Below, piece by piece: positions 14,501 to 27,729 of a DNA stretch of 64,000 nt. The stretch spans positions 1,116,001 through 1,180,000 of the forward strand of contig OZ059895.1 in assembly GCA_964057225.1 (NCBI GenBank). Direction: 5' to 3'. The DNA is from Auanema rhodensis. Taxonomy: Eukaryota; Animalia; Nematoda. Within the stretch, counting starts at the first letter, position 1; every line of letters starts with the position of its first letter. A program made the translations under genes and the position numbers. The notes beneath the pieces are model-generated. The model did not search any database. It had not been told where the DNA came from and saw only the letters and a list, made by a program, of their open reading frames with translations.

Positions 14501-17050
14501 ATCAGACTTGCGCTAGCTTAAAAATGCACCGAGATATCAACTGATATAAGTTCACACTTATATCCTCGATTTTCACCCTGAAGAATTAATTTTTTCGTTG
14601 AATAACATTGTCCATCGTCTTTGCCTTGAAAAAAGGAATCTAAAAACATCTACTTTTTGCTAAATTATTTTGAAATTTTTCGAAAAAATTTTTGTCAAAA
14701 TGTTTTTGGAAGCAATGTTGAGTGTACATGGGAACTCAACATACACTAATGCATCATTTTTCAAACGATCATAACTAATTTTTGTATTAAGCGTTTCTCA
14801 ATGTAGTATAGTGCATTCGATGCGGATTTTTAAGCTGCGTCGATCTGTGTTATCAGATTTGCGCTAGCTTAAAAATGCACCGAGATATCAACTGATATAA
14901 GTTCACACTTATATCCTCGATTTTCACCCTGAAGAATTAATTTGTTCGTTGAATAACATTGTCCATCGTCTTTGCCTTGAAAAAAGGAATCTAAAAACAT
15001 CTACTTTTTGCTAAATTATTTCGAAATTTTTCGAAAAAATTTTTGTCAAAATGTTTTTGGAAGCAATGTTGAGTGTACATGGGAACTCAACATACACTAA
15101 TGCATCATTTTTCAAACGATCATAACTAATTTTTGTATTAAGCGTTTCTCAATGCAGTATAGTGCATTCGATGCGGATTTTTAAGCTGCGTCAATCTGTG
15201 TTATCAGATTTGCGCTAGCTTAAAAATGCACCGAGATATCAACTGATATAAGTTCACACTTATATCCTCGATTTTCACCCTGAAGATTTAATTTTTTCGT
15301 TGAATAACATTGTCCATCGTCTTTGCCTTGAAAAATGGAATCTAGAAACATCTACTTTTTGCTAAATTATTTTGAAATTTTTCGAAAAAATTTTTGTCAA
15401 AATGTTTTTGGAAGCAATGTTGAGTGTACATGGAAACTCAACATACACTAATGCATCATTTTTCAAACGATCATAACTAATTTATGTATTAAGCGTTTCT
15501 CAATGTAGTATAGTGCATTCGATGCGGATTTTTAAGCTGCGTCGATCTGTGTTATCAGATTTGCGCTAGCTTAAAAATGCACCGAGATATCAACTGATAT
15601 AAGTTCACACTTATATCCTCGATTTTCACGCTGAAGAATTAATTTTTTCGTTGAATAACATTGTCCATCGTCTTTGCCTTGAAAAAAGGAATCTTAAAAC
15701 ATCTACTTTTTGCTAAATTATCTTGAAATTTTTCGAAAAAATTTTTGTCAAAATGTTTTTGGAAGCAATGTTGAGTGTACATGGAAACTCAACATACACT
15801 AATGCATCATTTTTCAAACGATCATAACTAATTTTTGTATTAAGCGTTTCTCAATGTAGTATAGTGCAATCGATGCGGATTTTTAAGCTGCGTCGATCTG
15901 TGTTATCAGATTTGCGCTAGCTTAAAAATGCACCGAGATATCAACTGATATAAGTTCACACTTATATCCTCGATTTTCACGCTGAAGAATTAATTTTTTC
16001 GTTGAATAACATTGTCCATCGTCTTTGCCTTGAAAAAAGGAATCTAAAAACATCTACTTTTTGCTAAATTATTTCGAAATTTTTCGAAAAAATTTTTGTC
16101 AAAATGTTTTTGGAAGCAATGTTGAGTGTACATGGAAACTCAACATACACTAATGCATCATTTTTCAAACGATCATAACTAATTTTTGTATTAAGCGTTT
16201 CTCAATGTAGTATAGTGCATTCGATGCGGATTTTTAAACTGCGTCGATCTGTGTTATCAGATTTGCGCTAGCTTAAAAATGCACCGAGATATCAACTGAT
16301 ATAAGTTCACACTTATATCCTCGATTTTCACCCTGAAGAATTAATTTTTTCGTTGAATAACATTGTCCATCGTCTTTGCCTTAAAAAAAGGAATCTAAAA
16401 ACATCTACTTTTTGCTAAATTATTTCGAAATTTTTCGAAAAAATTTTTGTCAAAATGTTTTTGGAAGCAATGTTGAGTGTACATGGAAACTCAACATACA
16501 CTAATGCATCATTTTTCAAACGATCATAACTAATTTTTGTATTAAGCGTTTCTCAATGTAGTATAGTGCATTCGATGCGGATTTCTAAGCTGCGTCGATC
16601 TGTGTTATCAGATTTGCGCTAGCTTAAAAATGCACCGAGATATCAACTGATATAAGTTCACACTTATATCCTCGATTTTCACGCTGAAGAATTAATTTTT
16701 TCGTTGAATAACATTGTCCATCGTCTTTGCCTTGAAAAAAGGAATCTAAAAACATCTACTTTTTGCTAAATTATTTCGAAATTTTTCGAAAAAATTTTTG
16801 TCAAAATGTTTTTGGAAGCAATGTTGAGTGTACATGGAAACTCAACATACACTAATGCATCATTTTTCAAACGATCATAACTAATTTTTGTATTAAGCGT
16901 TTCTCAATGTAGTATAGTGCATTCGATGCGGATTTTTAAACTGCGTCGATCTGTGTTATCAGATTTGCGCTAGCTTAAAAATGCACCGAGATATCAACTG
17001 ATATAAGTTCACACTTATATCCTCGATTTTCACCCTGAAGAATTAATTTT
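11584..17050. repeat. Block duplication with 10-monomer offset (3510 bp): m34-m39 repeated as m44-m49
   Basis: Rare variants TCTTAAAAC (pos 251), ATTTCTAAG (pos 88), TTTATG (pos 40) and TCTAGA (pos 252) recur 3510 bp apart in the same order. Confidence 0.85.
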
Positions 17051-20000
17051 TTCGTTGCATAACATTGTCCATCGTCTTTGCCTTAAAAAAAGGAATCTAA
17101 AAACATCTACTTTTTGCTAAATTATTTTGAAATTTTTCGAAAAAATTTTTGTCAAAATGTTTTTGGAAGCAATTTTGAGTGTACATGGAAACTCAACATA
17201 CACTAATGCATCATTTTTCAAACAATCATAACTAATTTTTGTATTAAGCGTTTCTCAATGTAGTATAGTGCAATCGATGCGGATTTTTAAGCTGCGTCGA
17301 TCTGTGTTATCAGACTTGCGCTAGCTTAAAAATGCACCGAGATATCAACTGATATAAGTTCACACTTATATCCTCGATTTTCACCCTGAAGAATTAATTT
17401 TTTCGTTGAATAACATTGTCCATCGTCTTTGCCTTGAAAAAAGGAATCTAAAAACATCTACTTTTTGCTAAATTATTTTGAAATTTTTCGAAAAAATTTT
17501 TGTCAAAATGTTTTTGGAAGCAATGTTGAGTGTACATGGAAACTCAACATACACTAATGCATCATTTTTCAAACGATCATAACTAATTTTTGTATTAAGC
17601 GTTTCTCAATGTAGTATAGTGCATTCGATGCGGATTTTTAAGCTGCGTCGATCTGTGTTATCAGATTTGCGCTAGCTTAAAAATGCACCGAGATATCAAC
17701 TGATATAAGTTCACACTTATATCCTCGATTTTCACGCTGAAGAATTAATTTTTTCGTTGAATAACATTGTCCATCGTCTTTGCCTTGAAAAAAGGAATCT
17801 AAAAACATCTACTTTTTGCTAAATAATTTCGAAATTTTTCGAAAAAATTTTTGTCAAAATGTTTTTGGAAGCAATGTTGAGTGTACATGGAAACTCAACA
17901 TACACTAATGCATCATTTTTCAAACGATCATAACTAATTTTTGTATTAAGCGTTTCTCAATGTAGTATAGTGCATTCGATGCGGATTTTTAAGCTGCGTC
18001 GATCTGTGTTATCAGATTTGCGCTAGCTTAAAAATGCACCGAGATATCAACTGATATAAGTTCACACTTATATCCTCGATTTTCACCCTGAAGAATTAAT
18101 TTTTTCGTTGAATAACATTGTCCATCGTCTTTGCCTTGAAAAAAGGAATCTAAAAACATCTACTTTTTGCTAAATTATTTTGAAATTTTTCGAAAAAATT
18201 TTTGTCAAAATGTTTTTGGAAGCAATGTTGAGTGTACATGGAAACTCAACATACACTAATGCATCATTTTTCAAACGATCATAACTAATTTTTGTATTAA
18301 GCGTTTCTCAATGTAGTATAGTGCATTCGATGCGGATTTTTAAGCTGCGTCGATCTGTGTTATCAGATTTGCGCTAGCTTAAAAATGCACCGAGATATCA
18401 ACTGATATAAGTTCACACTTATATCCTCGATTTTCACGCTGAAGAATTAATTTTTTCGTTGAATAACATTGTCCATCGTCTTTGCCTTGAAAAAAGGAAT
18501 CTAAAAACATCTACTTTTTGCTAAATAATTTCGAAATTTTTCGAAAAAATTTTTGTCAAAATGTTTTTGGAAGCAATGTTGAGTGTACATGGAAACTCAA
18601 CATACACTAATGCATCATTTTTCAAACGATCATAACTAATTTTTGTATTAAGCGTTTCTCAATGTAGTATAGTGCATTCGATGCGGATTTTTAAGCTGCG
18701 TCGATCTGTGTTATCAGATTTGCGCTAGCTTAAAAATGCACCGAGATATCAACTGATATAAGTTCACACTTATATCCTCGATTTTCACCCTGAAGAATTA
18801 ATTTGTTCGTTGAATAACATTGTCCATCGTCTTTGCCTTGAAAAAAGGAATCTAAAAACATCTACTTTTTGCTAAATTATTTCGAAATTTTTCGAAAAAA
18901 TTTTTGTCAAAATGTTTTTGGAAGCAATGTTGAGTGTACATGGGAACTCAACATACACTAATGCATCATTTTTCAAACGATCATAACTAATTTTTGTATT
19001 AAGCGTTTCTCAATGCAGTATAGTGCATTCGATGCGGATTTTTAAGCTGCGTCAATCTGTGTTATCAGATTTGCGCTAGCTTAAAAATGCACCGAGATAT
19101 CAACTGATATAAGTTCACACTTATATCCTCGATTTTCACGCTGAAGAATTAATTTTTTCGTTGAATAACATTGTCCATCGTCTTTGCCTTGAAAAAAGGA
19201 ATCTAAAAACATCTACTTTTTGCTAAATAATTTCGAAATTTTTCGAAAAAATTTTTGTCAAAATGTTTTTGGAAGCAATGTTGAGTGTACATGGAAACTC
19301 AACATACACTAATGCATCATTTTTCAAACGATCATAACTAATTTTTGTATTAAGCGTTTCTCAATGTAGTATAGTGCATTCGATGCGGATTTTTAAGCTG
19401 CGTCGATCTGTGTTATCAGATTTGCGCTAGCTTAAAAATGCACCGAGATATCAACTGATATAAGTTCACACTTATATCCTCGATTTTCACCCTGAAGAAT
19501 TAATTTGTTCGTTGAATAACATTGTCCATCGTCTTTGCCTTGAAAAAAGGAATCTAAAAACATCTACTTTTTGCTAAATTATTTCGAAATTTTTCGAAAA
19601 AATTTTTGTCAAAATGTTTTTGGAAGCAATGTTGAGTGTACATGGGAACTCAACATACACTAATGCATCATTTTTCAAACGATCATAACTAATTTTTGTA
19701 TTAAGCGTTTCTCAATGCAGTATAGTGCATTCGATGCGGATTTTTAAGCTGCGTCAATCTGTGTTATCAGATTTGCGCTAGCTTAAAAATGCACCGAGAT
19801 ATCAACTGATATAAGTTCACACTTATATCCTCGATTTTCACCCTGAAGAATTAATTTTTTCGTTGGATAACATTGTCCATCGTCTTTGCCTTAAAAAAAG
19901 GAATCTAAAAACATCTACTTTTTGCTAAATTATTTTGAAATTTTTCGAAAAAATTTTTGTCAAAATGTTTTTGGAAGCAATGTTGAGTGTACATGGAAAC

Positions 20001-23000
20001 TCAACATACACTAATGCATCATTTTTCAAACGATCATAACTAATTTTTGTATTAAGCGTTTCTCAATGTAGTATAGTGCATTCGATGCGGATTTTTAAGC
20101 TGCGTCGATCTGTGTTATCAGATTTGCGCTAGCTTAAAAATGCACCGAGATATCAACTGATATAAGTTCACACTTATATCCTCGATTTTCACCCTGAAGA
20201 TTTAATTTTTTCGTTGAATAACATTGTCCATCGTCTTTGCCTTGAAAAAAGGAATCTAAAAACATCTACTTTTTGCTAAATAATTTCGAAATTTTTCGAA
20301 AAAATTTTTGTCAAAATGTTTTTGGAAGCAATGTTGAGTGTACATGGAAACTCAACATACACTAATGCATCATTTTTCAAACGATCATAACTAATTTTTG
20401 TATTAAGCGTTTCTCAATGTAGTATAGTGCATTCGATGCGGATTTTTAAGCTGCGTCGATCTGTGTTATCAGATTTGCGCTAGCTTAAAAATGCACCGAG
20501 ATATCAACTGATATAAGTTCACACTTATATCCTCGATTTTCACCCTGAAGAATTAATTTGTTCGTTGAATAACATTGTCCATCGTCTTTGCCTTGAAAAA
20601 AGGAATCTAAAAACATCTACTTTTTGCTAAATTATTTCGAAATTTTTCGAAAAAATTTTTGTCAAAATGTTTTTGGAAGCAATGTTGAGTGTACATGGGA
20701 ACTCAACATACACTAATGCATCATTTTTCAAACGATCATAACTAATTTTTGTATTAAGCGTTTCTCAATGCAGTATAGTGCATTCGATGCGGATTTTTAA
20801 GCTGCGTCAATCTGTGTTATCAGATTTGCGCTAGCTTAAAAATGCACCGAGATATCAACTGATATAAGTTCACACTTATATCCTCGATTTTCACCCTGAA
20901 GAATTAATTTTTTCGTTGGATAACATTGTCCATCGTCTTTGCCTTAAAAAAAGGAATCTAAAAACATCTACTTTTTGCTAAATTATTTTGAAATTTTTCG
21001 AAAAAATTTTTGTCAAAATGTTTTTGGAAGCAATGTTGAGTGTACATGGAAACTCAACATACACTAATGCATCATTTTTCAAACGATCATAACTAATTTT
21101 TGTATTAAGCGTTTCTCAATGTAGTATAGTGCATTCGATGCGGATTTTTAAGCTGCGTCGATCTGTGTTATCAGATTTGCGCTAGCTTAAAAATGCACCG
21201 AGATATCAACTGATATAAGTTCACACTTATATCCTCGATTTTCACCCTGAAGATTTAATTTTTTCGTTGAATAACATTGTTTATCGTCTTTGCCTTGAAA
21301 AATGGAATCTAGAAACATCTACTTTTTGCTAAATTATTTTGAAATTTTTCGAAAAAATTTTTGTCAAAATGTTTTTGGAAGCAATGTTGAGTGTACATGG
21401 AAACTCAACATACACTAATGCATCATTTTTCAAACGATCATAACTAATTTTTGTATTAAGCGTTTCTCAATGCAGTATAGTGCATTCGATGCGGATTTTT
21501 AAGCTGCGTCGATCTGTGTTATCAGATTTGCGCTAGCTTAAAAATGCACCGAGATATCAACTGATATAAGTTCACACTTATATCCTCGATTTTCACGCTG
21601 AAGAATTAATTTTTTCGTTGAATAACATTGTCCATCGTCTTTGCCTTGAAAAAAGGAATCTAAAAACATCTACTTTTTGCTAAATTATCTTGAAATTTTT
21701 CGAAAAAATCTTTGTCAAAATGTTTTTGGAAGCAATGTTGAGTGTACATGGAAACTCAACATACACTAATGCATCATTTTTCAAACGATCATAACTAATT
21801 TTTGTATTAAGCGTTTCTCAATGTAGTATAGTGCAATCGATGCGGATTTTTAAGCTGCGACGATCTGTGTTATCAGACTTGCGCTAGCTTAAAAATGCAC
21901 CGAGATATCAACTGATATAAGTTCACACTTATATCCTCGATTTTCACCCTGAAGAATTAATTTTTTCGTTGAATAACATTGTCCATCGTCTTTGCCTTGA
22001 AAAAAGGAATCTAAAAACATCTACTTTTTGCTAAATTATCTTGAAATTTTTCGAAAAAATTTTTGTCAAAATGTTTTTGGAAGCAATGTTGAGTGTACAT
22101 GGAAACTCAACATACACTAATGCATCATTTTTCAAACGATCATAACTAATTTTTGTATTAAGCGTTTCTCAATGTAGTATAGTGCAATCGATGCGGATTT
22201 TTAAGCTGCGACGATCTGTGTTATCAGACTTGCGCTAGCTTAAAAATGCACCGAGATATCAACTGATATAAGTTCACACTTATATCCTCGATTTTCACCC
22301 TGAAGAATTAATTTTTTCGTTGAATAACATTGTCCATCGTCTTTGCCTTGAAAAAAGAAATCTAAAAACATCTACTTTTTGCTAAATTATTTTGAAATTT
22401 TTCGAAAAAATTTTTGTCAAAATGTTTTTGGAAGCAATGTTGAGTGTACATGGAAACTCAACATACACTAATGCATCATTTTTCAAACGATCATAACTAA
22501 TTTTTGTATTAAGCGTTTCTCGATCTAGTATAGTGCATTCGATGCGGATTTTTAAGCTGCGTCGATCTGTGTTATCAGATTTGCGCTAGCTTAAAAATGC
22601 ACCGAGATATCAACTGATATAAGTTCACACTTATATCCTCGATTTTCACCCTGAAGAATTAATTTTTTCGTTGAATAACATTGTCCATCGTCTTTGCCTT
22701 GAAAAAAGGAATCTAAAAACATCTACTTTTTGCTAAATTATTTCGAAATTTTTCGAAAAATTTTTTGTCAAAATGTTTTTGGAAGCAATGTTGAGTGTAC
22801 ATGGAAACTCAACATACACTAATGCATCATTTTTCAAACGATCATAACTAATTTTTGTATTAAGCGTTTCTCAATGCAGTATAGTGCATTCGATGCGGAT
22901 TTTTAAGCTGCGTCGATCTGTGTTATCAGATTTGCGCTAGCTTAAAAATGCACCGAGATATCAACTGATATAAGTTCACACTTATATCCTCGATTTTCAC

Positions 23001-24570
23001 CCTGAAGAATTAATTTTTTCGTTGGATAACGTTGTCCATCGTCTTTGCCTTAAAAAAAGGAATCTAAAAACATCTACTTTTTGCTAAATTATTTTGAAAT
23101 TTTTCGAAAAAATTTTTGTCAAAATGTTTTTGGAAGCAATGTTGAGTGTACATGGAAACTCAACATACACTAATGCATCATTTTTCAAACGATCATAACT
23201 AATTTTTGTATTAAGCGTTTCTCAATGTAGTATAATGCATTCGATGCGGATTTTTAAGCTGCGTCGATCTGTGTTATCAGATTTGCGCTAGCTTAAAAAT
23301 GCACCGAGATATCAACTGATATAAGTTCACACTTATATCCTCGATTTTCACCCTGAAGAATTAATTTTTTCGTTGGATAACATTGTCCATCGTCTTTGCC
23401 TTAAAAAAAGGAATCTAAAAACATCTACTTTTTGCTAAATTATTTTGAAATTTTTCGAAAAAATTTTTGTCAAAATGTTTTTGGAAGCAATTTTGAGTGT
23501 ACATGGAAACTCAACATACACTAATGCATCATTTTTCAAACAATCATAACTAATTTTTGTATTAAGCGTTTCTCAATGTAGTATAGTGCAATCGATGCGG
23601 ATTTTTAAGCTGCGTCGATCTGTGTTATCAGACTTGCGCTAGCTTAAAAATGCACCGAGATATCAACTGATATAAGTTCACACTTATATCCTCGATTTTC
23701 ACCCTGAAGAATTAATTTTTTCGTTGAATAACATTGTCCATCGTCTTTGCCTTGAAAAAAGGAATCTAAAAACATCTACTTTTTGCTAAATTATTTTGAA
23801 ATTTTTCGAAAAAATTTTTGTCAAAATGTTTTTGGAAGCAATGTTGAGTGTACATGGAAACTCAACATACACTAATGCATCATTTTTCAAACGATCATAA
23901 CTAATTTTTGTATTAAGCGTTTCTCAATGTAGTATAGTGCATTCGATGCGGATTTTTAAGCTGCGTCGATCTGTGTTATCAGATTTGCGCTAGCTTAAAA
24001 ATGCACCGAGATATCAACTGATATAAGTTCACACTTATATCCTCGATTTTCACGCTGAAGAATTAATTTTTTCGTTGAATAACATTGTCCATCGTCTTTG
24101 CCTTGAAAAAAGGAATCTAAAAACATCTACTTTTTGCTAAATAATTTCGAAATTTTTCGAAAAAATTTTTGTCAAAATGTTTTTGGAAGCAATGTTGAGT
24201 GTACATGGAAACTCAACATACACTAATGCATCATTTTTCAAACGATCATAACTAATTTTTGTATTAAGCGTTTCTCAATGTAGTATAGTGCATTCGATGC
24301 GGATTTTTAAGCTGCGTCGATCTGTGTTATCAGATTCGCGCTAGCTTAAAAATGCACCGAGATATCAACTGATATAAGTTCACACTTATATCCTCGATTT
24401 TCACCCTGAAGAATTAATTTGTTCGTTGAATAACATTGTCCATCGTCTTTGCCTTGAAAAAAGGAATCTAAAAACATCTACTTTTTGCTAAATTATTTCG
24501 AAATTTTTCGAAAAAATTTTTGTCAAAATGTTTTTGGAAGCAATGTTGAGTGTACATGGGAACTCAACAT

Positions 24571-27500
24571 ACACTAATGCATCATTTTTCAAACGATCAT
24601 AACTAATTTTTGTATTAAGCGTTTCTCAATGCAGTATAGTGCATTCGATGCGGATTTTTAAGCTGCGTCAATCTGTGTTATCAGATTTGCGCTAGCTTAA
24701 AAATGCACCGAGATATCAACTGATATAAGTTCACACTTATATCCTCGATTTTCACCCTGAAGAATTAATTTTTTCGTTGGATAACATTGTCCATCGTCTT
24801 TGCCTTAAAAAAAGGAATCTAAAAACATCTACTTTTTGCTAAATTATTTTGAAATTTTTCGAAAAAATTTTTGTCAAAATGTTTTTGGAAGCAATGTTGA
24901 GTGTACATGGAAACTCAACATACACTAATGCATCATTTTTCAAACGATCATAACTAATTTTTGTATTAAGCGTTTCTCAATGTAGTATAGTGCAGTCGAT
25001 GCGGATTTTTAAGCTGCGTCGATCTGTGTTATCAGATTTGCGCTAGCTTAAAAATGCACCGAGATATCAACTGATATAAGTTCACACTTATATCCTCGAT
25101 TTTCACCCTGAAGATTTAATTTTTTCGTTGAATAACATTGTTTATCGTCTTTGCCTTGAAAAATGGAATCTAGAAACATCTACTTTTTGCTAAATTATTT
25201 TGAAATTTTTCGAAAAAATTTTTGTCAAAATGTTTTTGGAAGCAATGTTGAGTGTACATGGAAACTCAACATACACTAATGCATCATTTTTCAAACGATC
25301 ATAACTAATTTTTGTATTAAGCGTTTCTCAATGCAGTATAGTGCATTCGATGCGGATTTTTAAGCTGCGTCGATCTGTGTTATCACATTTGCGCTAGCTT
25401 AAAAATGCACCGAGATATCAACTGATATAAGTTCACACTTATATCCTCGATTTTCACGCTGAAGAATTAATTTTTTCGTTGAATAACATTGTCCATCGTC
25501 TTTGCCTTGAAAAAAGGAATCTAAAAACATCTACTTTTTGCTAAATTATCTTGAAATTTTTCGAAAAAATTTTTGTCAAAATGTTTTTGGAAGCAATGTT
25601 GAGTGTACATGGGAACTCAACATACACTAATGCATCATTTTTCAAACGATCATAACTAATTTTTGTATTAAGCGTTTCTCAATGCAGTATAGTGCATTCG
25701 ATGCGGATTTTTAAGCTGCGTCAATCTGTGTTATCAGATTTGCGCTAGCTTAAAAATGCACCGAGATATCAACTGATATAAGTTCACACTTATATCCTCG
25801 ATTTTCACCCTGAAGAATTAATTTTTTCGTTGGATAACATTGTCCATCGTCTTTGCCTTAAAAAAAGGAATCTAAAAACATCTACTTTTTGCTAAATTAT
25901 TTTGAAATTTTTCGAAAAAATTTTTGTCAAAATGTTTTTGGAAGCAATGTTGAGTGTACATGGAAACTCAACATACACTAATGCATCATTTTTCAAACGA
26001 TCATAACTAATTTTTGTATTAAGCGTTTCTCAATGTAGTATAGTGCAGTCGATGCGGATTTTTAAGCTGCGTCGATCTGTGTTATCAGATTTGCGCTAGC
26101 TTAAAAATGCACCGAGATATCAACTGATATAAGTTCACACTTATATCCTCGATTTTCACCCTGAAGATTTAATTTTTTCGTTGAATAACATTGTTTATCG
26201 TCTTTGCCTTGAAAAATGGAATCTAGAAACATCTACTTTTTGCTAAATTATTTTGAAATTTTTCGAAAAAATTTTTGTCAAAATGTTTTTGGAAGCAATG
26301 TTGAGTGTACATGGAAACTCAACATACACTAATGCATCATTTTTCAAACGATCATAACTAATTTTTGTATTAAGCGTTTCTCAATGCAGTATAGTGCATT
26401 CGATGCGGATTTTTAAGCTGCGTCGATCTGTGTTATCACATTTGCGCTAGCTTAAAAATGCACCGAGATATCAACTGATATAAGTTCACACTTATATCCT
26501 CGATTTTCACGCTGAAGAATTAATTTTTTCGTTGAATAACATTGTCCATCGTCTTTGCCTTGAAAAAAGGAATCTAAAAACATCTACTTTTTGCTAAATT
26601 ATCTTGAAATTTTTCGAAAAAATCTTTGTCAAAATGTTTTTGGAAGCAATGTTGAGTGTACATGGAAACTCAACATACACTAATGCATCATTTTTCAAAC
26701 GATCATAACTAATTTTTGTATTAAGCGTTTCTCAATGTAGTATAGTGCAATCGATGCGGATTTTTAAGCTGCGACGATCTGTGTTATCAGACTTGCGCTA
26801 GCTTAAAAATGCACCGAGATATCAACTGATATAAGTTCACACTTATATCCTCGATTTTCACCCTGAAGAATTAATTTTTTCGTTGGATAACATTGTCCAT
26901 CGTCTTTGCCTTAAAAAAAGGAATCTAAAAACATCTACTTTTTGCTAAATTATTTTGAAATTTTTCGAAAAAATTTTTGTCAAAATGTTTTTGGAAGCAA
27001 TGTTGAGTGTACATGGAAACTCAACATACACTAATGCATCATTTTTCAAACGATCATAACTAATTTTTGTATTAAGCGTTTCTCAATGTAGTATAGTGCA
27101 GTCGATGCGGATTTTTAAGCTGCGTCGATCTGTGTTATCAGATTTGCGCTAGCTTAAAAATGCACCGAGATATCAACTGATATAAGTTCACACTTATATC
27201 CTCGATTTTCACCCTGAAGATTTAATTTTTTCGTTGAATAACATTGTTTATCGTCTTTGCCTTGAAAAATGGAATCTAGAAACATCTACTTTTTGCTAAA
27301 TTATTTTGAAATTTTTCGAAAAAATTTTTGTCAAAATGTTTTTGGAAGCAATGTTGAGTGTACATGGAAACTCAACATACACTAATGCATCATTTTTCAA
27401 ACGATCATAACTAATTTTTGTATTAAGCGTTTCTCAATGCAGTATAGTGCATTCGATGCGGATTTTTAAGCTGCGTCGATCTGTGTTATCACATTTGCGC

Positions 27501-27729
27501 TAGCTTAAAAATGCACCGAGATATCAACTGATATAAGTTCACACTTATATCCTCGATTTTCACGCTGAAGAATTAATTTTTTCGTTGAATAACATTGTCC
27601 ATCGTCTTTGCCTTGAAAAAAGGAATCTAAAAACATCTACTTTTTGCTAAATTATCTTGAAATTTTTCGAAAAAATCTTTGTCAAAATGTTTTTGGAAGC
27701 AATGTTGAGTGTACATGGAAACTCAACAT
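24571..27729. repeat. 3-monomer (1053 bp) higher-order repeat, 3 copies
   Basis: The GCAGTCG (G74)+GTTTATC+TCTAGA monomer occurs at 24922, 25975 and 27028. The TCACAT (C114) monomer occurs at 25273, 26326 and 27379. Confidence 0.9.
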
